This document shows, piece by piece, positions 30,801-40,678 of a stretch of 64,000 bases of DNA. This stretch comes from an uncultured Acidobacteriota bacterium. Its GTDB lineage: Bacteria > Acidobacteriota > Terriglobia > Acidiferrales > UBA7541. Under the pieces are notes generated by a model, which saw nothing but the letters and a program-made list of their open reading frames with translations, did no database searches and was not told the DNA's origin. Numbering within the stretch: position 1 is the first letter of the stretch; each line of letters starts with the position of its first letter. The stretch spans positions 16,470 through 80,469 of the forward strand of contig CAWBIY010000001.1 of the NCBI GenBank assembly GCA_963788915.1. The letters are read 5' to 3'. The translations under genes were made by a program, and so were the position numbers.

Positions 30801-30954
30801 TTTGGCAATCGTCTTTTTCCCGGCGTACTATTGGACTTTTTTCCGGGTCAGCTTTATTCTCAAACCCGCGAACTGCTTCAACCAGTCGATCGGTCACCTT
30901 TGTGACAAAGACAGGCCCCTCGACCCAAGTCCATCGAAAGAAGGCAAAAAATCG

Positions 30955-33900
30955 ATGAAGAATCTCGCGGTGTCCCTGTGTGCCCTCGCTGTTTCGCTCT
31001 TCGGTGGAATGACCGTTGATGCTCAGATCACCACGGTAGCGGGCGGCGGCCCGCCGACCACGGGCACGACGGTGAACAAGACCGGCACGAGTATCGGCGC
31101 CCCAGCTGCCGTTCGCCAAGACCATTTGGGTAACACCTACATTCTGGACAACGATTTAGGTCGCGTCTTCAAGGTCGATGCGATGGGCCACCTGACCCTC
31201 TTCGCTGGCAACGGCACAGTCGGGTACAACGGCGACAACATACCAGCCGTGAGTGCCGCCATGGACGGCCCCAGCGGCCTGTGCATCGACGCCAACAACA
31301 ACGTCTATATAGCCGATTCCGATAACGCGATCGTGCGCGAGGTCGTGGTGGCAACCGGAATGATCCACACGGTTGCCGGTATGCCAATGGAAACCAACTT
31401 CACCTACGGCGGCGACGGCGGGCTCGCCACCAGTGCCAACCTCCACTTCCCGGATGGCTGCTCGTTCGACAGTCGCGGAAACCTGTACATCGCCGACCGC
31501 GGCAACAACGCCATTCGTATCGTGATTCTCGGCACCCCGACTGCTGCCTTTCCTACGGTGGGCAATATTTATCGCTTTGCTGGCGCAAACCCCGCTGCTA
31601 ACCCCGCTCCTCCTCCTGCTCTCCTCCCGCCCGCTCCAGGCTATGGCCCTGACAACACTCCGGCGATCGGCGCGGCCCTCAACGGCCCTTTTGACGTGTT
31701 CGTGGATACCGCCGACAACGTCTTCATCGCCGATCTTGGCAACCCCGGTACAACCTCGAATAACGTCGTCCGCGAGGTTCCTGCAACAACACCCCAGACT
31801 TTTCCGTTCGTCATGGCCGTCGGCAACATCTACACGGTGGCGGGCATGCATGGGCAAAGCGGAGCTGCTACTTCCGGCGTCCCCGCCACTATGGCGAAAT
31901 TGAACGGGCCTGAGGGCATCTTTGTCGACATACATCAAAACCTGTTCTTCGTTGACGTCGGCAACCAGGTGGTCCGCGAAGTCGCCGGCCCAACGCCATC
32001 CGCCGGGATGACCGCAGGAGACATCTACACGATCGCTGGCAACGCTAGTAAAGGATATGCAGGCGACGGCGGCGTGGCAATCAGCGCCAGTCTCGCCAAC
32101 CCGGCCGGTTCCTTCGTTGACGCCACTGGATCCGTTTTCATCGCCGACGAAAGCAATACGCGCATTCGCCAAGTCACTTCCACCACTGCCAACTACACCA
32201 CGGAAACCATCAGTACCTGGGCTGGCAATGGCTCCATTTCCTTCTTCAACGCCGCGCCCGCTACCGCTGGCCAGCTCGACGCGCCGGCCGGCCTCGCGGT
32301 CGACGCGACGGGCGACCTGGCCATCGCCGATGTGGGCTTCCAAGGCGAGCAGAGCTTGATTCGTAAAGTTGCAACTCCGATCGCGAGCGGCGCTCTCAGC
32401 ACCCTCGTCGGTTCACCCGGATTCAACGGATTCGTGAACGCCACGAACACCGGCTTTCCCAATTACGTGGAAAACGATGCCATCGGCGTCGCTTTCGATT
32501 CTTCCGGAAACCTGTACATCGCTGACACCGGTAACTGCATCGTCCGCAAGCTCTCTGCCGGAGTCATGACCACTGTGGCGGGCGTGGAACCTACCATTGA
32601 TGTGGCCAATCCACCGAATAGCACGCCCAACTGCGGATTTGCAGCCCAAGGCGGAGCCGCCGTCGGCACCCTGCTGGGCGCTGTCAACAGCGTCGCGCTC
32701 GACGCTACCGGCGACATTTTCTTCTCCGACGCCACCAACAACATGATCTGGGAAGTTCCCAAGAATACCGCGGGCACCATGACTGCTGGCAACGCCTACG
32801 TCATCGCTGGCGTACAGGACACCACCGGCTCGTTTGGTGGCGAGGCCGGCGCCGCTGTGAATGCCCATTTCAATAAACCCACAGGTGTTTCCTTCGACGT
32901 CTACGGAAATCTGTTCATCGCCGACACTGGCAACAACATCATCCGCGAAATTCCGGCCGACAATACCGCCGGGAAGACCGCCGGCTTCATCTACACCGTC
33001 GCCGGAGACAAGGCCGGCCAAACCGCAGGGTACGCCGGTAACGGCGGTGTGGCCACAGCCGCAAAATTGAACGCGCCATTCACGATGGTGGTCGACAATG
33101 CCGAGGACATCTTCATCGCCGACACGAATAACCACGTCATCCGCGAAGTAGCCGGCACGACGGCCGGCGGCAAGACCGCGGGCGACATCTACACCGTAGT
33201 GGGCACGAACGTCGCTGGTTTCACCGGCGATGGTGGCCCTGCGGCCACTGCTGAGCTTAATGCCCCGCAAGGCTTGGCGCTCGATGGAGCTGGCGATCTG
33301 TTGATCGGCGATTCCCAGAACATTCGCGTACGCAGTGTCGCGGGCATCGCGAACGTAGCGGCGGTTCCCGTAGCCAGCTTCCAACCGTCCAATCTGACTT
33401 TCACGGCCCAACCGCTGACCGTCAAGTCGACCGCTCAGGTGGTTACTCTGACCAATAACGGCGGCACCATGCTAACGGGCATTGCCATCACCCTCGGTGG
33501 CACAAATGCGGCTAACTTCGCCGACACAACTACCTGCACCGCCGCACTCGCCGCTGGCGCCAACTGCACTATTAGCGTGACCTTTACACCCACTGTGGTC
33601 GGCCCCGCGTCTGCCACGCTATCCATCGCGGACAACGCCGTTGGCAGCCCTCAAACAATCGCGCTCACCGGAACCGGCCAGCTCGGTTCTCCCACAGACG
33701 TTGTAACTCCCAATCCGATTGCGTTCACTACCCCGCAACTCGTCGGTGTCGCCTCTGCGGCACTTCCCGTCACCCTGAGCAACGGGGGCACCGGTGCCCT
33801 GGTAATTTCCAGCATTACCTTCGGCGGCGCGAATACCACCGACTTCACTCAAACCAACAATTGCGGCACAACCGTGGCCGCCGGCGCCACTTGCACCATT

Positions 33901-34935
33901 AACGTCGTCTTTAACCCGACCTCGGTGACACCGCCCGCGCGTGCCGCCACGTTGATCCTCACAGACGATGCCGCGAACAGCCCGCAAAGCGTACCCGTTA
34001 CCGGCAACGCCATCGCTCCGGCCATCAGCATCACTCCCGCCAGCCTGACCTTTGCCAGTCAGACGGTGAAAACTCAGTCGGCGCCTCAGACGGTCACCAT
34101 CAAGAATACGGGCACCGGGCCCTTATCCTTCACCGGTACCGGCATCACCATCGCCGGTGCCAACGCTGCTGACTTTGCTATCGTCGGCGCGGGCGATACG
34201 TGTTCCCCTCCCCTGGCCGCGGGTGCGACGTGCAGCTTCAACGTCGTCTACAATCCAGCCGCAGCCGGGACAAGCACCGCGACGATCGTTGTGGCTGACA
34301 GCGTTCCATCCAGCCCGCAACTGATCCCCTTGAGCGGCACAGCCACGGCTACGCCCCCAACGCTGGCCTTAACCTTTGGTCCCGCTGCTGGCGCCTCGCC
34401 ATCACAAACCGTTACCGCCGGCCAGACGGCCACTTATATGTTGCAAATCGGCGCGAACGTGAATGCCAGCGTAACCTTCAGTTGCTCTGGCGCTCCGACG
34501 GCTGCGACGTGCCCTGCTCCGGCCACCGTCGCATTGACTGCCAATACACCGGCTCCCGTCGCCGTTACCGTGTCGACCACCGCCCGCAGCATGCTGGCAC
34601 CGCAATCGGAACCCGCGACCAGGATGCAACCTCCCGTCGCGCTCCAGATGTTGCCGCTCTCCGTGCTGGCCATGCTCCTGTTGATCATCACCTTGCTGGC
34701 CGCAACACAGAGTCCGGCAGGACGCCTGCGCTTCGCCCGCGTAGCACTCTCTGCCTGCCTCGTGCTGATGCCCATCGTCGCCGCTACGCTAATGGGCGGT
34801 TGCGGCGGCGGAAGCTCCAGCCCACCGCCACCACCACCAGTCACCGGAACGCCCGCTGGCACCTACATGATCACCGTCACGGCAACCTCCGGCAGCACCA
34901 CGGCAACGACTCAGTTGACGCTGGTCGTGCAGTAG
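30955..34935 (+). CDS. Large surface protein: signal peptide, many NHL repeats, three ASPM-SPD-2-Hydin/choice-of-anchor-D-like Ig domains, C-terminal TM segments and acidobacterial GCGGG...TYxITVTATSG tail
   Basis: Repeated L..P.G..vD..GNlyIAD..N..IR.V and G..GDGG.A..A.L units; LTF..Q......Q.VTL.N.G repeats. Confidence 0.88.
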   Translation: MKNLAVSLCALAVSLFGGMTVDAQITTVAGGGPPTTGTTVNKTGTSIGAPAAVRQDHLGNTYILDNDLGRVFKVDAMGHLTLFAGNGTVGYNGDNIPAVSAAMDGPSGLCIDANNNVYIADSDNAIVREVVVATGMIHTVAGMPMETNFTYGGDGGLATSANLHFPDGCSFDSRGNLYIADRGNNAIRIVILGTPTAAFPTVGNIYRFAGANPAANPAPPPALLPPAPGYGPDNTPAIGAALNGPFDVFVDTADNVFIADLGNPGTTSNNVVREVPATTPQTFPFVMAVGNIYTVAGMHGQSGAATSGVPATMAKLNGPEGIFVDIHQNLFFVDVGNQVVREVAGPTPSAGMTAGDIYTIAGNASKGYAGDGGVAISASLANPAGSFVDATGSVFIADESNTRIRQVTSTTANYTTETISTWAGNGSISFFNAAPATAGQLDAPAGLAVDATGDLAIADVGFQGEQSLIRKVATPIASGALSTLVGSPGFNGFVNATNTGFPNYVENDAIGVAFDSSGNLYIADTGNCIVRKLSAGVMTTVAGVEPTIDVANPPNSTPNCGFAAQGGAAVGTLLGAVNSVALDATGDIFFSDATNNMIWEVPKNTAGTMTAGNAYVIAGVQDTTGSFGGEAGAAVNAHFNKPTGVSFDVYGNLFIADTGNNIIREIPADNTAGKTAGFIYTVAGDKAGQTAGYAGNGGVATAAKLNAPFTMVVDNAEDIFIADTNNHVIREVAGTTAGGKTAGDIYTVVGTNVAGFTGDGGPAATAELNAPQGLALDGAGDLLIGDSQNIRVRSVAGIANVAAVPVASFQPSNLTFTAQPLTVKSTAQVVTLTNNGGTMLTGIAITLGGTNAANFADTTTCTAALAAGANCTISVTFTPTVVGPASATLSIADNAVGSPQTIALTGTGQLGSPTDVVTPNPIAFTTPQLVGVASAALPVTLSNGGTGALVISSITFGGANTTDFTQTNNCGTTVAAGATCTINVVFNPTSVTPPARAATLILTDDAANSPQSVPVTGNAIAPAISITPASLTFASQTVKTQSAPQTVTIKNTGTGPLSFTGTGITIAGANAADFAIVGAGDTCSPPLAAGATCSFNVVYNPAAAGTSTATIVVADSVPSSPQLIPLSGTATATPPTLALTFGPAAGASPSQTVTAGQTATYMLQIGANVNASVTFSCSGAPTAATCPAPATVALTANTPAPVAVTVSTTARSMLAPQSEPATRMQPPVALQMLPLSVLAMLLLIITLLAATQSPAGRLRFARVALSACLVLMPIVAATLMGGCGGGSSSPPPPPPVTGTPAGTYMITVTATSGSTTATTQLTLVVQ

Positions 34936-35128
34936 CCCAACCAGCGGCATCCCTGCGATGCCCACACACTCTCTCTCCAGCGGCGCCTTTCGCAACCATG
35001 CGGAAGGCGCCGCTGCCTTTTAGCCATCCACCCGCCGTTAATTTAGCCAACGCACCTGTAGCCGCCCTCTTTTACCCTGAGCTTTGAAAGGCCGAGAGGG
35101 GAGGGGGGTTTAGAGCAATCAGCCACGT

Positions 35129-35410
35129 TCCACACGTTGCGGATCTACCTAACACCGCTACACAAACTCCTAAAGGAGTGGCTCAGGGCTTTTCCAAATG
35201 TGGGTCCGCTGCCCTGCATTCTCCAAGAAACAGTGGACTGGCTCAAAGATGAAGACAAGAGCGAAGGAATCCTGGTCGGTACGCCGGTAGGGCCGACGCC
35301 GTCACCGGGCTGGCGAACGGCGGCAGAAACCCGGCGGTCTTGAAAACGTGTCGAAAAAAATCGGTTGATGTTTTCACTGGCTTGGATAGGTACTAGCTGG
35401 GACGACTTGG
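35129..35410 (+). repeat. About 290-bp direct repeat, copy 2
   Basis: Aligns with 30514-30800. Confidence 0.9.
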
Positions 35411-35502
35411 CATGATTCGGCAGCGTCGGTACGAAGTTGGGAGCAGTTCAACCTTCTCACACGGACAATTTATCCCGCGAAACTAAGCATTAGGGAACTG
35501 GC

Positions 35503-35778
35503 CTATTCAGGTTGCGGCTTCTTGGACCAAAAGTCGCCGGAAGTCATCACCGGAACGATCTCAAAATCGATCAGGTCCTCCCAGCGGTTGAGCCAAGGTC
35601 TTAGTAATTCCAGGTGTGGCGCTTCCACGATCTGGAAGCAGCGAGCGCCCGTCGCATCTAACCAGCTCGCATGGTACGCAATGTCGTCCGGCATCATTCG
35701 GCCGTTGCGCCTGAAGCGCTCTCCCACAAGCTCGGGATCGCCATGTTTGAAGTGCTCGATGACCATGAACAGCGGCAT
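35503..35778 (-). CDS. DUF3303-family protein
   Basis: LFMVIEHF...GR..PD......SW......RCFQ..E......W...W.DL..FEIVPV. Confidence 0.75.
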   Translation of the reverse strand: MPLFMVIEHFKHGDPELVGERFRRNGRMMPDDIAYHASWLDATGARCFQIVEAPHLELLRPWLNRWEDLIDFEIVPVMTSGDFWSKKPQPE

Positions 35779-36483
35779 GGGCAGAAGTCTACACGAAAGG
35801 CCCGCGCCCAGAGTATCCATAGCGCCGCACAATCAACGTCAACCCGAGATTTGAGATACGCAGAGTCAGAACCTAGGTCCGGCACCATCGCGAACGCAAT
35901 CCCAAGCTTCCTGTCGAGTACGACAGAAAACCGACCGTCTTGAAAACGTGCCGGAAACAATCGGGTTGAATGGTTTCAATCGCTTGCATAGGTATTGGCC
36001 GGGGCGACTTGGCCTGATTCGGGCGGCGTCGGCGCGAAATTGGGCAACGATTTGGGCAACCCGACAATTCGCTGAATTGTCCACGGTTGGTACCCGTCGA
36101 AAAAGCGGTTTCCCAGAACAAGTTAGCACGGCGGGCTTTTCTGGATAACACAATCAATATGGGGTAGGGACCCCTATTCTCGCGTTTAGCTGGCACGGCT
36201 TGGAGGCTCAAGCGGTTTCCTTGGCTGGGCTTCTCTTTTTGAGAGAGAACAATCCCGCAGTTTTCGATGCGTTGGTCACGTTCTTTCTCCAAAGCAACCA
36301 TCCGATTGAATTGTGACTATCTGATCGGATAGCTGGCGGTTTTTGTCGGCCGCGTAGCAATTCAAACGAAACCCTTGCCACTCAGCTATTTCCGTGAGAT
36401 ATGGAGGTACCGAAACTCTCGTTCGGCCCTGGCACAAGAATGCATACCTACACATGTGAGTTAGGTTCGCTAGGAGGATTACG

Positions 36484-36687
36484 ATGAGCGACGAAGTCAA
36501 GAACGTGGAAAACGAAGCACCGAAGGTGGAATCATCCGCACCGGAATCTGAACTGAAAGAGAACGAACTTGAAAAGGTCACAGGTGGGTTAAATCTTACG
36601 CCCCCTTCTGGCACGGCAACCGAGTCGCTGAAGAATCAGCATTTGAACAAGGCAAGCGACGATTGGGAGAGCCCGTTACAATCCTGA
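36484..36687 (+). CDS. Small peptide with a double-glycine-type leader (putative bacteriocin/RiPP precursor)
   Basis: AGGAGG RBS; acidic leader ending ELKENELEKVTGG. Confidence 0.6.
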   Translation: MSDEVKNVENEAPKVESSAPESELKENELEKVTGGLNLTPPSGTATESLKNQHLNKASDDWESPLQS

Positions 36688-36759
36688 CTATGCTGTAGCC
36701 CACTGCTCTTTCTCTCGGGTTAGAGCGAGCTAGGACAAGTGTTCCTAGAGACGGTGCAT

Positions 36760-37690
36760 GAACGCGGTCCGCCTCACCCCAGAGAAACCGCAACAGCGGG
36801 TTGCCTTGTTTACTCAGCCCCCCGAGCCGCTGTCGCCCTCCACTAGAATATTCACGTGGAATCATTCCCACATAACTAGCCAGGGCCTTGCTGTCTGCGA
36901 ATCGGGCGGGATCGCCCAGAAATACCTCGGTCGCCAACGCTGTGATCGGCCCCACTCCGGGATGGCTCATCAGCAGCCGTGCTCCGGGACGTTTGCAGGC
37001 TTGCTCCTCGACGCGCTGGTTCAGTTTCGCGATCTCCGCTTCGAACTTCTCGTACAGCGCCTGCAGCTCACTCCGCCGATAGGCGGTATGAGGCGCCAAC
37101 GACAACGATGCGATCCTGCTTTGCCCATCGTGGCTCCACAGGGCCGTGCCTCGCCGTAGGCCATTCGCTAGGGCAATGGACTGCAACGCATTTTGTATTC
37201 GCGTCCGCATGCGGACCCACTGATGACGATGCCGCAACAAGGCCCGCAGATCCTGTAGCTCCTTCGAAGGCAACCAGATTGCCGGAAAGCGGCCTTCCAC
37301 CAGCATCTGCAGAATCAACTCCGCATCTCGCCGATCATTTTTCTGCTTCCGCGGCGCGGCTGCGCGAATCTGTGCTGGATGGCCGACCCGGCATTCGATT
37401 CCCAGTTCTTCCATGAGATTCAAAAACCACTGCATCGATCCGTGGCTTCGATGCCCACTCGCGCCGGGCGTGGTAGCGAGGAATAAAACTCCCGCACGTT
37501 GTCGCCTTCGTGCTGGAGAGTCACCTCCAGTACCTCTCCCGTTGTGGTGTCCAACATCGCCAACGTTTGCTGGCGAGCGTGCAAATCACATCCTATAATT
37601 CGCATCTCGGCCTCCTTCGGTCCGAGCACTGTAGGGTGCACACCGAACAGCTTACTCGGGCCGTCGCGAGGCCGGCGTCGTTATGGCATC
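36760..37690 (-). mobile_element. IS110-family (IS1111-type) element E: left end and frameshifted, 3'-truncated transposase
   Basis: MRIIGCDLHARQQT (first catalytic D), KQKNDRRDA, SSGGRQRLG.LSKQG; subterminal IR 37670-37683. Confidence 0.88.
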
Positions 37691-38226
37691 AACCGGACAT
37701 CGCTAACAATGTCGGTCCTGTCAAACACTTTTTGAGCACACTTCTCAATTCACTTATAAGAGTTTTTTCCTCCCCTTCCTTGCTGTCTTTCTGATCGGCG
37801 CCTGCAAGCACGGCTCGTTCGTAATCTAGCGGTCGGTTTCAGTCCGACCCAAACATCTCGTGTGCTGAGCAGCGCGTTGTTCAGGAGGGTTAGAGTCCCT
37901 CTGGTGCTCGAATGAGGAGCGCCATATCCAAGAAAGTGGGGGTAATTCCTCGCTGGCCGGAGGAAGTGGAAGGTATGGAGACGTCTAGGCAGCGAGCCCT
38001 CATTATCAGTACGTCGTTATTACAGTGTCGGTGTCAGAGTTTGAAATGCAAAAGGAGTTGGACAAACACGCTTCGGAGGGATGAGAACTTGTTTCGCCAC
38101 TGTATACGGATCGGTTGTATCTAATTTTCCGCAAAGAGGCGCGTTGACTCCACAGTGCCGTAATCTCGTCGGTGTAATGCGGCGACACGCTGCCAGCGAC
38201 TTAGCGGTGTAGGTCATAGTGGTGTA

Positions 38227-38254
38227 GTGCCTGATAAACGCTAATCGGACAAGT
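38227..38254 (+). repeat. Dyad site, copy 6 (GTGCCTGATAAACGCTAATCGGACAAGT)
   Basis: Same family; just downstream of the CPBP gene. Confidence 0.65.
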
Positions 38255-38288
38255 GCCCATTCGCCCCGCCACATCGACTTTCTTCGTT

Positions 38289-39146
38289 TCAGGTGCTAAT
38301 CGCATTTGTGGTGTTTCTCAGCGTTTGCTTTCGCATATCGTTCAGGAAGTACGCGGCAGAGGCGCAGAGCAGCGCAAGCGAAATCCACGAAATGCGCGAC
38401 GCGTGGAATCCGAACGTATCGGTTCCACCGAGAACCCCTGACGGGACAATGTCCTTCGAGTTGTTGATCGCCGCATGCAGCAGCATCGTCAAGAGCAGGC
38501 TGCCGTTGGTGCGCGCGTACAGCCAAGCGAACGCCACGGACATCGCGGTCACCTGCAGCACGAATACCGGAAAGGCCTGCCGATAGGAATCGCCGTCACG
38601 AATGAAAAACTGCGGCAGATGCCATACGCCCCAGATGAACCCGAGCAGCACACTCGCGCTTCCCAGTCCGAAACGATCCGCCAGTCGGGGAAGGGCATAG
38701 CCGCGCCAACCGATCTCCTCTCCGCCCTGAAACGGGGTCGAAAATGCGATGGCAAACGGAATCAGGTACCACTGCGAGGTGTCAAAGCGCGGCCATGAAC
38801 TGGTTGAGGCACGGTAAATCATTGCAGCGGTTAGCTTAAGCGCAATCATGAATCCAAGTGCGAAGACGTAGTACTTCGCGGCGACGCTCCACCTCGTAAT
38901 TCTACGAAGGAGCGCGATCACGCCCGAGCGGCCCTCTGCGCGGAACGTAACCGCGAGCGCCGCCAATGCCGGAGCGAACGCCCCGAGCAGGATCAAGGCG
39001 CCCCCCAACGGCGAGCCTGCCGGTATCGGCACGACGGCGACGGTAAAGAAACAAATCCACATCAGCGCGAACGCCAGCGCGAAGAACACAAACAGCGAAC
39101 TGGCTGACGAAACGTGCACCGTCGGTTCGAGGGACTCGGCAATCAT
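38289..39146 (-). CDS. CPBP-family intramembrane glutamic endopeptidase (CAAX protease/Abi)
   Basis: GEEIGWRGYALPRL, WGVWHLP, LHAAIN motifs; multi-TM. Confidence 0.92.
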   Translation of the reverse strand: MIAESLEPTVHVSSASSLFVFFALAFALMWICFFTVAVVPIPAGSPLGGALILLGAFAPALAALAVTFRAEGRSGVIALLRRITRWSVAAKYYVFALGFMIALKLTAAMIYRASTSSWPRFDTSQWYLIPFAIAFSTPFQGGEEIGWRGYALPRLADRFGLGSASVLLGFIWGVWHLPQFFIRDGDSYRQAFPVFVLQVTAMSVAFAWLYARTNGSLLLTMLLHAAINNSKDIVPSGVLGGTDTFGFHASRISWISLALLCASAAYFLNDMRKQTLRNTTNAIST

Positions 39147-39252
39147 GCAAGCAGCCTCAGATGTGAGGGAAAGATGCCGCGCGGGGCAAGGAACAAACTA
39201 TACCACTCCTCAGAGGCAGCGAAGCCTGCGCAGTCAGTGCCTGGTAAACGCG

Positions 39253-39512
39253 GTATCTCTAACGAGGCCGGCCGTGTCAAGAGTGTTTTCTCTTCTTTTT
39301 TACCAAAACTCGGACACACTTCTCCTTCGGCGCATGAAGTGCGTCTTTTTCTGCCGCTTCTGTTCATCGGTGTCACCCTAATCTGCTCAGCCCGTTTACG
39401 ATCATCAACTCAGTGTTGCCACCAAACATCTCTTCGATCACCATCGACCATGATGAGTTATGCGAACTCCCCATTCCTAAAGGGAGGCGGGTAACCTAAT
39501 CAACCGGACCCG
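39253..39512 (-). mobile_element. Right end and 3' non-coding region of an IS1111-type element, joined to the left half of a dyad site (39237-39252)
   Basis: IR TAACGAGGCCGGCC (39260-39273) matches the element-E IR at 13/14; -35 TTGACA next to it; ATCAACCGGAC (39499-39509) equals the element-E left junction (37688-37698). Confidence 0.7.
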
Positions 39513-39513
39513 C

Positions 39514-40668
39514 GTGATCAAGCCCAGTGACGGTAGTCCATCGCGGACCGTCTGGGTCGGTCGTTGGCGAGAAGATGAAATCGTCGACGGGCGCACCAGG
39601 AGAGTTCGCAGATCCGAAGTACTCGGGGAGAAGAAGGAGGGCGATCTTCCCACTCGGGCGCTTGCGAGGCGCAGACTCGAAGAACGGCTAGCTGTTGTAA
39701 ATGACCCTTCCTATCGGGCGAGGCCATCATCGACGTTCGCAGAATTCGCAAAGCGTTGGGAAGCTCTCGTAGTCATCCAACACAAACCATCAACCCAGGT
39801 GAACCTTCGTAGCCATCTGCGGAGATACATCACGCCGTTTTTTGGGCGGTCGGCGGTGCGAGACGTGAGACCTGATACGGTTCAGCAGTTCGTCTCCAGC
39901 ATCAAAGCTGGCCCCAAAACGGTGCGAAATATCTACGTCACACTGCAGATGATGTGGAAGTCGGCTTCGCGCCTGGCAGTACGTTGCGCACGACGCTCTC
40001 GATGGCGTTGTGTTACCCAAGAGACGCACACCTCGCCGATTCTTTTTCACACAGGATGAAGTGACTCGCATTCTGGCGAACGCGGAGGAGCCGTACCGAA
40101 CTTTTTATTGGCTCGCCGCGGAACTCGGATTGCGCGCCGGCGAAATATGCGGTTTGCGTCTTGAGGATCTAGACCTCGAAGTCGGACTGGTTCACGTGAG
40201 GCAGAGCGCCTGGCGGGGTAACTACAAGAGCCCAAGACCCCCAACGCCACGCGCTCGCTAGCTATCTCACCGAACCTCGTCGAGCACTTGCGGCGGTTCA
40301 TCGAGAAGTGGCGACCCAATGCGAGCGGCCTGCTGTTCGCCTCGCGAAACGGGACGCCTTTCGACCAGAACCTACTCGTGAAGCGAAAGCTGCGCCCGCT
40401 CCTCGAGAGGTTAAGCATCCCACGCTGCGGCCTTCACGCCTTCCGGCACTTCTCGGCGTCGATGATGGACCGGCTCAATACGCCGCTGAAATTGCGGCAG
40501 CAACGGCTGGGACACGACGATGCTGAAATGACTCTAGGCGTATACAGTCACGTGGCGAAGGAGGACGACATTCGGGTAGCGGCTCAGTTGGGAGAAATTC
40601 TGGACCCTTCTGGACCTTTCCTGAAAAACAAAGGGCCTGTCCCCGGTGGACAAGCCCTTGTGAATTAA
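39514..40668 (+). pseudogene. int: Phage-type tyrosine integrase with two frameshifts (about 39967 and 40220) and a lost N-terminus
   Basis: VWVGRWRED arm domain; AAELGLRAGEICGL (R), GLHAFRH (HxxR), LGHDDAEMTLGVYSH (H, Y). Confidence 0.88.
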
Positions 40669-40678
40669 TCACCTAGAA

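Noticed and set aside
30763-30954. N-terminal extension of the 1390-aa ORF
   Set aside because: Overlaps the repeat; a signal peptide and purine-rich RBS support ATG 30955
31156-33411. Long antisense ORFs (395 and 332 aa) and similar shadow ORFs across the window
   Set aside because: Opposite-strand shadows of GC-rich genes with no motifs
38160-38230. Three spaced GGTGTA hexamers
   Set aside because: Too short and irregular for a CRISPR array or iteron set
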